Shown here piece by piece: positions 30,237 through 39,272 of a DNA stretch of 64,000 bases. Numbering within the stretch: position 1 is the first letter of the stretch; each line of letters starts with the position of its first letter. Source of the DNA: Nitrosopumilus sp. (GTDB lineage Archaea; Thermoproteota; Nitrososphaeria; Nitrososphaerales; Nitrosopumilaceae); the NCBI GenBank assembly GCA_965205215.1, contig OZ242041.1:192001-256000 (forward strand). The letters run 5' to 3'. The notes beneath the pieces are model-generated. The model had not been told where the DNA came from, searched no databases, and worked only from the letters and a program-made list of their open reading frames with translations. A program made the position numbers and the translations under genes.

Positions 30237-31313
30237 TCAGCCCTGCGACTTTAGGAGTATCTTTCCAAAGAGTCCCTTGCCGGTGAGCATCTTTGTGTGT
30301 GCCTCGGCCGCCTGCTCGTACGAGTATACGGAATCGATCTGGGACTTGATCTTGCCCTGGCCCATCCAGTAGAGGCCCTGGTCAAACTCGGCCTTTGTGC
30401 CCTGCGTGGAGCCCAGTATGTTGGTGCCCTTGAAGAATATGTGACGCAGGTCGGTATGGGCGTCATACCCGGTGGTGGCGCCGCACGAGACCAGCGTCGC
30501 CCCGTACTTCAGCAGGGTAAGCTGCTTGTTCCAGTGCGTCTGGCCTATGTGATCGAATGAAATGTCAATGCCCGGCGCCTCGCCCTTTCTCTTTGCGATC
30601 TCCTTGGAGATTGCGCGGACCTCCTTGTGCCAGTCCTCCTTGCGGTGGTCCACCGCATAGTCGGCCCCGAGCTCGCGGCACTTGTCGAGCTTGTCGGGGC
30701 TCGCGGTCGCGATGACATCGCAGTTGTACAGTTTTGCAATCTGAATCCCAAAGCTCCCGACTCCGGAGCCGCCGCCCATTATCAGCACGGTCTGCCCCGG
30801 CGTTATCTTCGCCCTGCCCACCAGCATGTGCCACGACGTCAGGAGCGTCATGGAGGACGCGGCCGCCTCGTCGTACGACACGGACTCTGGTATTTTTGAG
30901 ACGTTGACCTCCGGCAGGTGCGTCACCTCCTGGTATGCGCCCCACGTGGGCCCCGTCTGGAAGCCCCATATGGTGCGCCTCGTACAGTCAAACTCGCGCC
31001 CGTCGGTGCACGCTGTGCAGACCCTGCAGGCCATGTTGGAGTGCGATACGACGCGGTCGCCCACCTGTATGTCCCGGACGTCGTCGCCCACAGCGATCAC
31101 GTCGCCGGCCGCGTCAGAGCCTGACACGTGCGGCAGCGGGACTGCCACGGGCTGGCCCCTCATGCCCCAGATGTCGTTGTAGTTCAGGGCCGCCGACTTT
31201 ACCTCAAACACGACCTCGTTGGACTTTGGCTTTGGCTCGTCAATATCCTTGACCTGCAGTATGCGGGCATAGTTGTCGTCAGGTGCGTACTCCTCGTACA
31301 CCACAGCCTTCAT
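30237..31313 (-). CDS. MDR-family (zinc-binding) oxidoreductase
   Basis: ALNYNDIW, PHVSGSD, CRVCTAC.......C, GGGSGVG, CGATTG. Confidence 0.9.
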   Translation of the reverse strand: MKAVVYEEYAPDDNYARILQVKDIDEPKPKSNEVVFEVKSAALNYNDIWGMRGQPVAVPLPHVSGSDAAGDVIAVGDDVRDIQVGDRVVSHSNMACRVCTACTDGREFDCTRRTIWGFQTGPTWGAYQEVTHLPEVNVSKIPESVSYDEAAASSMTLLTSWHMLVGRAKITPGQTVLIMGGGSGVGSFGIQIAKLYNCDVIATASPDKLDKCRELGADYAVDHRKEDWHKEVRAISKEIAKRKGEAPGIDISFDHIGQTHWNKQLTLLKYGATLVSCGATTGYDAHTDLRHIFFKGTNILGSTQGTKAEFDQGLYWMGQGKIKSQIDSVYSYEQAAEAHTKMLTGKGLFGKILLKSQG

Positions 31314-31677
31314 AACGACACCGGCAAAAATCCCATAAATATAGCTTATCTGTCGAGCACGGGCCACGCATGCGAGTTGTGTCCTGAGCGTTTCCGCCAT
31401 TTTCCCGAGCCCCTCAGCCGCCCGCTGCAGTCCTGCACCTGGCGTCCCACGGCTCCCATCCGACTCGGCCCCCTCGAGATCCCTGCGTAGGATCCTTACC
31501 TCTGAGCCTGCCATGCGCATGGCGCAAAGAGGATGGGAAAGGAAGGATTGTGACCTGATTCTGCAGGTGTGCCGGCCAAGCACCTTTCATAGATGCGGCC
31601 GACGGCGTGCCAGACGCGCCCCTGCTGCCGCATGCCGTCTTGGCGTTGCCCATTGGACGGGCCCCCACACCGGCAGT

Positions 31678-33399
31678 CTAGTCCGGAATCGGATGTATGG
31701 TCACGATGGCATTCTTGATTTGCTTCCTAACGGAGTGCTCTATGTCAATGAGAAGATCGTGCGACTCCGCGATGGTAAGCTTGCCGTCAAAGGAGCATTC
31801 GATGTCAATCTTTGAGACGTTGCCAAACTTTAGGGACAGTATACGGCCGACGCCCCTGACAGCTTCGTGGCGGAACAGGATCTCCCGGATTAGATCCTCC
31901 TCGTCCATGGACTTTTCCCCGGCATCGTCAGACTTGCCTTCCTCAAAGGGTTCGAGTCTGGCCGTCACGTCCTTGACGCTCGGCAGTTCCTCGGCGATCT
32001 TTTTCTTGATCGCCCTTGAGATCTTGTAGGTGTTTTGCAGTTTTAGATTCCCGTCTATCATGACGTGCAGGTCCGCATAGAGACTCTTGCCCATCTTGTG
32101 TGTGCTTGGGCTGTGCGCTGCCTTTACCCCCTCGACCGTGTTTGCAATATCGACGAGCCTGTTGTCGATGGGAACGTTCTCCCAGTCGGGCTCGACATGT
32201 ATTGTTATCTGGGCGTCCTTGATGTGGTCGTTCCCGTGATCATGGTCGTGCACGAAAAAGCTCAGGATGCCGTGCTTGTGTTCGTGTTCGTGGTCGTGGC
32301 CATGGTCGTGGCCATGTCCGTGTTCGTGGTCGTGGCCATGGTCGTGGCCATGGTCGTGGCCATGTCCGTGCTCGTGGCCGTGCTCGTGGCCGTGCTCGTG
32401 GCCGTGCTCGTGGCCGTGCTCGTGGCCGTGCTCGTGGCCGTGCTCGTGGCCGTGCTCGTGGCCGTGCTCGTGGCCGTGCTCGTGGCCGTGCTCGTGGCCG
32501 TGCTCGTGGCCGTGCTCGTGGCCGTGCTCGTGGCCGTGCTCGTGGCCGTGCTCGTGGCCGTCGTCCTCAGGCTTGTCAACAACGTGGTCCTTTATTGCAG
32601 CCTCAACGCTGCGATTGATTCGGGAGACCGAGTCAAAGTTGGCGTCGCCGCGCACAGAGATAAGCACGTCGGCAAACAGCGTGTCGCCTGAGCGGCGCAA
32701 GAACACATAGCCCACCCGGAGCACGCCCGGAACTGCCAACACAATCTCCGTGATGTCCGACACGAGCTTTGGAGGTATGGCATCCGTCAGGTCGAGCGCA
32801 GTCTTGTGTATCAGTTTCACACTGATTATCACCAGCAGTACGCCCAATACGAGAGCCGCCACAAAGTCCATGTAGTAGAAACCAAGGGACGCCAGGATGA
32901 TTCCTATTATGGCCACCATGGTGGAACCCGCATCCATAAAGGCGTGGTACAGGTCGGCCCTCAGGGTGTGCCCCCCGAGTCCCCGCAGTGCCTTTCTCAG
33001 TATAGCAATGCGTAAAAAGTCGATGCCGATCGTGTACAGCCCCCCTACAAGTCCTATCAGGCTCGGCAGGACATCCGGTGCGGGGCCTGTCAGATGTATG
33101 GCCGACTCGTATATGAAAAAGCAGGCAAGCAGCAGTATCGATATGCCGCCCACAAAGCCGCCCAGCGGTTCCATCTTGCCGTACCCGTATGTGTGCCCTA
33201 CGGTGGCTGGCCTCATTGCGATCCGGGCGGCGATCAGCAGGATTACGGTGGTGGCGGAGTCCATGAGCGCGTGGATACTGTCTGTAATCAGGGCCAGGCT
33301 GTTTGAGATTAACCCGAATACAAGCTCGACTACGAACGCCGAGAATATTGATATGAGTGATATCTGGAGGACTTTGGTGCGCTGCTCAAAGATTCCCAT
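31678..33399 (-). CDS. Cation diffusion facilitator (CDF) transporter with multiple C-terminal domains and a long His-rich insert
   Basis: SLALITDSIHALMD, HTYGYGK.E, ADLYHAFMD; C-terminal domains ending TIHVEP, TARLEP, TIHPIP. Confidence 0.92.
   Translation of the reverse strand: MGIFEQRTKVLQISLISIFSAFVVELVFGLISNSLALITDSIHALMDSATTVILLIAARIAMRPATVGHTYGYGKMEPLGGFVGGISILLLACFFIYESAIHLTGPAPDVLPSLIGLVGGLYTIGIDFLRIAILRKALRGLGGHTLRADLYHAFMDAGSTMVAIIGIILASLGFYYMDFVAALVLGVLLVIISVKLIHKTALDLTDAIPPKLVSDITEIVLAVPGVLRVGYVFLRRSGDTLFADVLISVRGDANFDSVSRINRSVEAAIKDHVVDKPEDDGHEHGHEHGHEHGHEHGHEHGHEHGHEHGHEHGHEHGHEHGHEHGHEHGHEHGHEHGHEHGHEHGHGHDHGHDHGHDHEHGHGHDHGHDHEHEHKHGILSFFVHDHDHGNDHIKDAQITIHVEPDWENVPIDNRLVDIANTVEGVKAAHSPSTHKMGKSLYADLHVMIDGNLKLQNTYKISRAIKKKIAEELPSVKDVTARLEPFEEGKSDDAGEKSMDEEDLIREILFRHEAVRGVGRILSLKFGNVSKIDIECSFDGKLTIAESHDLLIDIEHSVRKQIKNAIVTIHPIPD
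32368..32560. repeat. 12-bp tandem repeat x~16 encoding (GHEH)n
   Basis: Unit CTCGTGGCCGTG read directly; degenerate GHDH units continue to about 32275. Confidence 0.95.
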
Positions 33400-33419
33400 A
33401 TACAGGGGGCCAAGAGGTT

Positions 33420-33435
33420 TGAATATAAATATTCA
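33420..33435. promoter_or_regulatory. Palindromic site overlapping the CDF TATA box
   Basis: TGAATAT-AA-ATATTCA, 21-36 bp upstream of the CDF start; contains TTTATA on the minus strand. Confidence 0.55.
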
Positions 33436-33736
33436 TAAATATTAATATCACACTAGAGGGTCTCCTGCCTGCGGAACCCGAGGACGCAGAACGGCAGGCA
33501 CATTGTCCAATGGGCCAGAGGCCACACTATTAACACGAATGCGCAGGCCGGCTGCGGCTGTACCCAGAACGGCCGGACCCCGGGCTTTTGCGCATGCGGC
33601 ATCAAACCCGGGCATGTACAATGGCGCGGATCAGCCTCCTGAGAACTCACCCATGGCGGCCTGATCCCCGGATCCCACGGGCGGGGGCCGGATCCGTACT
33701 CAACACGCATGCAAAACGGCGTGGGAGACGGGCATG

Positions 33737-34063
33737 TCAGATCCGGTTTATCTTGAAATCACGTCGGGGCTGCTGTATTGACGAGAGCATCTGCCGGAGC
33801 TGCTCGTCGGTGAGTCTGGATTGTATGCGTCCCTGGGTGGCCAGGGCGATGAGCTGCTGCTCCACCATGCCTGCAAGCTCCGGCTTTACCATTCTGATGT
33901 TGTTGAGCCTCATCCTGGCCTCGGGCATCAGTATCTGCCTGAGCAGCTGCTCCTTCTGCGCTGCAACTTCGGCCCCGGCATCGGGTGCGCCGGCGCCCCG
34001 ACTGTCATCGGCGCTGCCGCTTGGATTCCCACCTCCAAATTCGTCAGGTTCCCTAAAGCCCAT
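33737..34063 (-). CDS. PDCD5-like dsDNA-binding protein
   Basis: [27 protein letters not shown]...G.I....TDEQL; adjacent to rps19e. Confidence 0.92.
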   Translation of the reverse strand: MGFREPDEFGGGNPSGSADDSRGAGAPDAGAEVAAQKEQLLRQILMPEARMRLNNIRMVKPELAGMVEQQLIALATQGRIQSRLTDEQLRQMLSSIQQPRRDFKINRI

Positions 34064-34083
34064 TTCAGATCCGCTGGCATGAT

Positions 34084-34536
34084 CTAGGCATATATCTTTA
34101 GATGAGGCGCCTGTTTCGACATTTCGTGCAGTATCTCCGTTGCAAGCACGTCAAGCTTCTTCATGCCGGTCTTTGACACAACCCTGCCGTGCCGTCCCGA
34201 CTTTTGGACGTATCCAAGCTTTTCAAGCTCGTGTACCGCGTTTCGTATAATCGCACCTCCTGCATAGCGATGATGTGCCGCGCCGTATCCTGACGGCTTG
34301 CCTCCCCCGTACTCGCTACGCAGTCCGTTAATCCCTATGGGGCCATGGAGGTATACCTTGCGCAGTATGGACGCGCACCTGACGTGCCACCAGTCCCGGT
34401 TCTGCGGGGGTTTGTCGGCATGCGCGCCTGTCTTTACGAACGGAACCCATGCGGGCGCCTCGACGCCCTCCTTTCGGAGTATCTCAGTGAGCCTCTCGAC
34501 CAGCACGTCGGCGGGCACGTCGTACACCTTGGCCAT
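34084..34536 (-). CDS. rps19e: 30S ribosomal protein S19e
   Basis: VYDVP, PAW..FVKTG.H...P...DWW..R.ASILRK.Y, YGG, LEKLGYV. Confidence 0.97.
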   Translation of the reverse strand: MAKVYDVPADVLVERLTEILRKEGVEAPAWVPFVKTGAHADKPPQNRDWWHVRCASILRKVYLHGPIGINGLRSEYGGGKPSGYGAAHHRYAGGAIIRNAVHELEKLGYVQKSGRHGRVVSKTGMKKLDVLATEILHEMSKQAPHLKIYA

Positions 34537-34642
34537 GTTGAAGAAAGCTTGGGGGTCGTTTTATAAACCCTTGAAGCCAGCATGCCCGGCCGGACCGCGG
34601 GCGGGACGTGGCGGGGGGCAGTTCCGCGCGACTGCGGCCGGG

Positions 34643-34972
34643 TCAGGATGACGACGGCGGGGACGGCAGCATCTTGCGGTATACAAACCCGCAAAAGCCG
34701 CACGTCGTCCTTATGGAGCGAATGTTAGAGCCCCCTATCCTTACGCGCGACGAGACGCCGGGCACGATAAGCGACTTGCACCTGCGGCAGAACATCATGC
34801 GGAGATGATACGGCATGCGGACGCGGTGCCTCGAACACAGCCTGCGCGCGACGGACGCCTGCCTGTATGCAAGGGCGGGGTTAGTGCCGGCTATTGACGA
34901 GGCGCTTGCCATCAGTATCTCCATGCGCTCCAATACGACTACCCTGCGGCGCGCCGTGTTTTTCCGGCCCAT
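34643..34972 (-). CDS. rnp4: RNase P protein component 4 (Rpp21)
   Basis: ERM..L, FCRRC...IVPG...RVR, CGFCG...R. Confidence 0.88.
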   Translation of the reverse strand: MGRKNTARRRVVVLERMEILMASASSIAGTNPALAYRQASVARRLCSRHRVRMPYHLRMMFCRRCKSLIVPGVSSRVRIGGSNIRSIRTTCGFCGFVYRKMLPSPPSSS

Positions 34973-35203
34973 AACGGTGCAAAGTGCGGCCGCAAAAAAT
35001 TCTTTGCGCCTGCAGTGGCCGAACCCCCCGGCGCATGGTGCCGCACTGCAGCCGGCCCGCTACAGGCACGGGGCGTCTGTAATTCAGGGCCGTCATGGGA
35101 GATGCCCAAGCAGTCCATAAGACAGGCAGGCAGGACGCAAGTTACTCCCAAGCTGCGTGCCATCGGCATGCCGGCGTGGAAATGAGGCATTGGGATCTGC
35201 AGG

Positions 35204-35280
35204 TGGTGCAGTCAGCGGGATTCGAACCCGCGTTACGGGGTTGGAAACCCCGAATACTAACCAGGCTATACAATGACTGC
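35204..35280 (-). tRNA. tRNA-Gly(TCC)
   Basis: Reverse complement GCAGTCA...CGGGG-TTTCCAA-CCCCG...GCGGG-TTCGAAT-CCCGC-TGACTGC-A-CCA; CCA encoded. Confidence 0.96.
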
Positions 35281-35302
35281 GACATGCAGGCAGGCAGTCG
35301 TC

Positions 35303-36127
35303 TTACATAAATGGCTTTTTTTCATACTCGTACAGGATGCGCGCGATCACCACATGGGCCTCTAGCGGCGACGTGTCGACTGCATACACCTCGTCAAGGT
35401 GCCCGCTTATCCCGTCTGAGAAGTGCCCCTTTTGGAAGCCGCCTATCACGATGGCGGCGTCATCCGGGACGCGCTGCGTCACGTACTCGTAGGGGTGGGG
35501 CGAGTCGGGAAGCGTCCCAAGGGAGGAGAGTCCCACCACTTTTGAGAACTTTTTGGCGCGCACCAGATCGGCAAAGGTGCGATTGCGCTCAAGACGCATC
35601 AGCACGGTCTCCTCCCGTGCAGGTGCTCCATCTTTGCCGCTGTGATGTACAGTGTTGTTGTCATTGCCATTGCCATTGCCATTGCCATCGCCATCGGTAC
35701 GACAACTCGCGTCTTTGGAACCGCCGCTGGCATGACTATCGCGCGTCGTCGCCTCTATCACGCCGGTCTCATACAGAGTCTCGACCAGTCCGGCAAACCT
35801 GTGGTATGATTTTGGAATGCGCACGCCAGGACCCAGGCTGATCATGCAGCCGTCCGCGGTATGCACGTACACCTCGAGGGCGCGGCGCAGTCGGTACAGG
35901 GGGGCCGACGTAGCTGTAACCAGCGCCAGGTGCACCAAGTCGGGCCTGCCGCGTCTTGCAGCATCCGGCATGTCTTTCATGGCGGCATAGTGCCAAGAGT
36001 TGTCAAGCAGCATGTGCTGACGTTTTCCGCCGCGCGTCCGGCGCGCATGCGCCCTGACTGCCGGGTGCCCGTACAGTTCAGGGGGCACCATCTCCAGGGC
36101 CGACTCTGCAATAACCAGCGATATCAT
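35303..36127 (-). CDS. nep1: 16S rRNA pseudouridine methyltransferase Nep1/Emg1
   Basis: ESALE.VP, LLD.S.H..AM, RGRPDLVH, RIPKSYHRF.GL, IGGFQKGHF. Confidence 0.93.
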   Translation of the reverse strand: MISLVIAESALEMVPPELYGHPAVRAHARRTRGGKRQHMLLDNSWHYAAMKDMPDAARRGRPDLVHLALVTATSAPLYRLRRALEVYVHTADGCMISLGPGVRIPKSYHRFAGLVETLYETGVIEATTRDSHASGGSKDASCRTDGDGNGNGNGNDNNTVHHSGKDGAPAREETVLMRLERNRTFADLVRAKKFSKVVGLSSLGTLPDSPHPYEYVTQRVPDDAAIVIGGFQKGHFSDGISGHLDEVYAVDTSPLEAHVVIARILYEYEKKPFM

Positions 36128-36254
36128 GCGGCCGTCCCCCGTGCAACTGCGCAGACGGCGCCATTGCCACTCGGCCTGCCGGCGGCAATCGCGACAGCCT
36201 CTAGTGAAAACGTTCCTGTCGCGCGTGGCGGCCGCGGCGGCCAGACGTACGTGT

Positions 36255-38978
36255 TCAACCCGACGTGCAGCCGCTGTACCCGCACTCTATGCAGATGCAG
36301 CACCCCTCTACAAACACGAGCCCGTTCTTGCAGGTGGGACAGAGCTGCTCCTCGGGTATGTCCCCGTGTCCGGGCGCCTGCTGGGCGGAGTCTTGGTCGG
36401 ATCCAGACGCAACGATCTCCTGATCGTGCGGCTTTATCGCGAGCGCCGCGTCGATCTGTCCCGATATGTACCGGTTGGTTATATTGGAGCGCACAAAGTC
36501 CATCACCCACCGGCTCGGCCTCACCTCAAAGTTCTTTTCCGCATTCTCGCTTGTCATGTGCAGCACCTGCTTTTGCCTCGAGCCGTCCCTGTACACGGTG
36601 ATTCCCTTGAGCCCCATCTCGTGCGCAAGCAGGTAGGCGGCCTTTACGTCATCGGCGGTGACGTCGTACGGCATGTTTATCGTCTTTGCGATCGCGTTGC
36701 CGATCCAGTTCTGCCACACGGACTGAGCCATCAGGTGGTCGGCCCAGTGTATGTCCATCGCAGTGACAAACACGTCCTGCATCCACTGCGGAATCTCCGG
36801 AATTCCGCGCAGAGACCCGTAATTGTCGGCAATCTTCTCTATAATCTCGTCAGAGTACAGTCCCTCCTCCATGAGGGCCCGCTTTACAATCTCGTTGGTG
36901 TAAAAGAACTTGCCCACCGTCACCCGCTTCTCAAAGACCAGCGCGAACGCGGGCTCCATGCCGTTTGAGCAGTTTGCAATCATCGACAGCGTGCCGGTGG
37001 GGGCCACCGTGGTGGTCAGCACGTTGCGTATGCCGTACTGCCTGATGTTCGATACGAGCGCGTCCCACTCGCAGGAGTGACGGCCCGTGGGCATCTCATA
37101 ATATGCGGCGACGGGTATCCGGCCCTCCGGATACTCGGACTTTGAGCAGAGCGGGAACTCGCCCCTTGACCTTGCAAGCGCCACGCTCTCGTCCATCGAA
37201 TAGTACGTGAGGGCCTCCGACAGCCTGGACTGCATCTCGTATCCCTCCTGCGAGTTGTACGGTATGCGCAGCTTGTAAAGCAGGTCGGCCACGCCCATCA
37301 CGCCGAGCCCGATGCGCCTAGACTCCTTGGAGGCCTCGTCGATCTCCGGCACCGGGTACAGGTTCACGTCAATCACGTTGTCAAGGAAGCGGGTGGTCTT
37401 CCGGATCACCTCCTCGTACCGCTGCCAGTCAAACTCGTACGAGCCGTCGGCCTGCTTTTTGACCAAGTTGGCCAGGTTTATCGATCCCAGGTTGCACGAC
37501 TCGTACGGGTACAGGCTCTGCTCGCCGCACGGGTTCGTCGCCCGCAGGGGCCCCTGCCGCGCCTTTGCAAACACGTTGTACTTGTTTATCTGGTCAAAGA
37601 ATATCAGCCCCGGCTCGGCGCTCCTCCACGCCGACATGGCTATCATATCTATGAGGTTGTGCGCCCTCACCTCCTTTACGGGCTTTTTGGTCTTGGGGCT
37701 GCGCAGCATGTAGGCGCCGCCGGTCCCGCCCTCCTCCGAGTCGTTCACCAGCGCCTCCCAAAAGTCCTCCCATATCCCGACTGACACGTTGAAGTTTTCT
37801 AGCACGCCAGGCTCTGTCTTGTTTGTGATGAACTTCTCAACGTCCGGATGCCACACCTCCATTATGCCCATGTTGGCCCCGCGGCGCTTGCCGCCCTGCT
37901 TTACCACCTCCGTTACGGTGTTTATTATGTTCATAAAGGACACGGGGCCGGACGCCACGCCGGACGTAGACGCCACTATGTCGCCCTCCTGGCGCAGGTC
38001 CGAGTAGTTTATGCCCACGCCCCCGCCGGACTTGAATATCATGGCGGCGTCCGACGTCGACTTCATTATGTGCTCCATGTCGTCGTCCATCCCAAGTACA
38101 AAGCACGCCGACAGCTGCCCGAGCCGGCCGCCTGCGTTCATCATGGTGGGCGAGTTTGGCAGAAAGTCCTGCGACACCATCAGGTTGTAGTACTCTTGGA
38201 TCTTGTCCGCGTACGCGTCAAGCCTCTTGCCGGCCAGCATAGTCAGCAGCTCCTTGAAGCTGGCCTTCATCTGGTTCTTCCTTGCCAGGTGCACGTAGTG
38301 GTTTATGAGAGCCCGAAAGTGCCACCTGTTGAGATGGAACTGCCCGATCCTGAACTTGCAGTCAAAGGCGTCCAGCTTGTCCAGGTACGACTCGGCCTCT
38401 GCCACATCCTGGTGCGAGCTGCCCGCCCTGTCAAACAGCTCCGAGTCATATAGCATGTCCCCGAGCCCGACCAGGATGGCCACCCGCTCGAACATCTGCG
38501 TGGGCGTCTCGACAATCTCGTTTTTGTTGTTGCGAAACAGATAGCGCGACGCCAGCACCCTCAGGCAGCTTATGTCGAAATCCTTTGAGACGGGATCAAG
38601 GGTCTTTAGGTTCAGCACCTTCATCTTCTCGTTGCGCACCTTGCGCCTCTCGTGCCGATACACGATGTACGCCTTTGCGATCTCGCTGTATCCCTTGTCG
38701 ATCAGGGTCGACTCGACCATGTCCTGTATGTCCTCCACGGAGGGCGGCATGGCGTTGGTAAAGCCCTGCTCTGCCAGCTTTGTGACGACGTGCCCGGACA
38801 GGGCGGCGGCAAGATCGCGGTCCGGCTTCGAGGTCGCGGCGAGCGCCATGTATATGGCGTTCGCGATCTTGTTCTGGTCAAAGTCCGTGATCTCCCCGTT
38901 GCGCTTGCGTATGACACTGATACCGGTACCCACCTGTGAATTATCCAAATTGCTACTCCCCGAAAGGGTTGAAAACAT
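36255..38978 (-). CDS. nrdJ: Class II (adenosylcobalamin-dependent) ribonucleotide reductase with N-terminal ATP cone
   Basis: ATP cone (RKRNG...FD..KI), PNSPT.MNAG, SACFV, QGG.RRGANM, TNPCGEQ, CNLGS, APTGT, KG.T.YRDGS, C-terminal CxxC/CxxC. Start may be TTG 38948. Confidence 0.96.
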   Translation of the reverse strand: MFSTLSGSSNLDNSQVGTGISVIRKRNGEITDFDQNKIANAIYMALAATSKPDRDLAAALSGHVVTKLAEQGFTNAMPPSVEDIQDMVESTLIDKGYSEIAKAYIVYRHERRKVRNEKMKVLNLKTLDPVSKDFDISCLRVLASRYLFRNNKNEIVETPTQMFERVAILVGLGDMLYDSELFDRAGSSHQDVAEAESYLDKLDAFDCKFRIGQFHLNRWHFRALINHYVHLARKNQMKASFKELLTMLAGKRLDAYADKIQEYYNLMVSQDFLPNSPTMMNAGGRLGQLSACFVLGMDDDMEHIMKSTSDAAMIFKSGGGVGINYSDLRQEGDIVASTSGVASGPVSFMNIINTVTEVVKQGGKRRGANMGIMEVWHPDVEKFITNKTEPGVLENFNVSVGIWEDFWEALVNDSEEGGTGGAYMLRSPKTKKPVKEVRAHNLIDMIAMSAWRSAEPGLIFFDQINKYNVFAKARQGPLRATNPCGEQSLYPYESCNLGSINLANLVKKQADGSYEFDWQRYEEVIRKTTRFLDNVIDVNLYPVPEIDEASKESRRIGLGVMGVADLLYKLRIPYNSQEGYEMQSRLSEALTYYSMDESVALARSRGEFPLCSKSEYPEGRIPVAAYYEMPTGRHSCEWDALVSNIRQYGIRNVLTTTVAPTGTLSMIANCSNGMEPAFALVFEKRVTVGKFFYTNEIVKRALMEEGLYSDEIIEKIADNYGSLRGIPEIPQWMQDVFVTAMDIHWADHLMAQSVWQNWIGNAIAKTINMPYDVTADDVKAAYLLAHEMGLKGITVYRDGSRQKQVLHMTSENAEKNFEVRPSRWVMDFVRSNITNRYISGQIDAALAIKPHDQEIVASGSDQDSAQQAPGHGDIPEEQLCPTCKNGLVFVEGCCICIECGYSGCTSG

Positions 38979-39106
38979 ATGCTATATTAATTGTCTAGGC
39001 AAAAATCCCCACAATGTTTGGCCAAAAATATCGCGCCAACCGCGGATCGCGCCATGCCGGACTGCGAATATCATAATATGGACATGTGAATGCAGGGCCA
39101 GGGGGC

Positions 39107-39125
39107 GGTTTGTATATAACAAACC
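39107..39125. promoter_or_regulatory. Inverted repeat enclosing a TATA-like core
   Basis: GGTTTGT-ATATA-ACAAACC upstream of nrdJ. Confidence 0.45.
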
Positions 39126-39151
39126 CGGGCAGGATCGGGCGGGCCGGACCG

Positions 39152-39174
39152 CGTGTTGCGATAATCGCAACACG
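39152..39174. promoter_or_regulatory. Perfect 11-1-11 palindrome, candidate operator
   Basis: CGTGTTGCGAT-A-ATCGCAACACG between the NrdD-like gene and nrdJ. Confidence 0.5.
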
Positions 39175-39272
39175 GCACGCAAGCGGCACTGTATATTGGC
39201 TGGCCGCCTGTCTTTCAGGCAGAATGAACCATGGCGTGCACGGGAGAACGGGCGGCGTCATACCAAGCGGCG

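Noticed and set aside
33453-33736. Possible ncRNA or small ORF between the CDF and PDCD5 genes
   Set aside because: Only short GC-rich hairpins; no SRP, RNase P or C/D-box signatures that I can support, and the ORF translations look random.
36255-38978. Intein in NrdJ
   Set aside because: The usual insertion-site motifs (QGG.RRGA, NPCGEQ) are uninterrupted and no splice-junction or LAGLIDADG motifs are seen.
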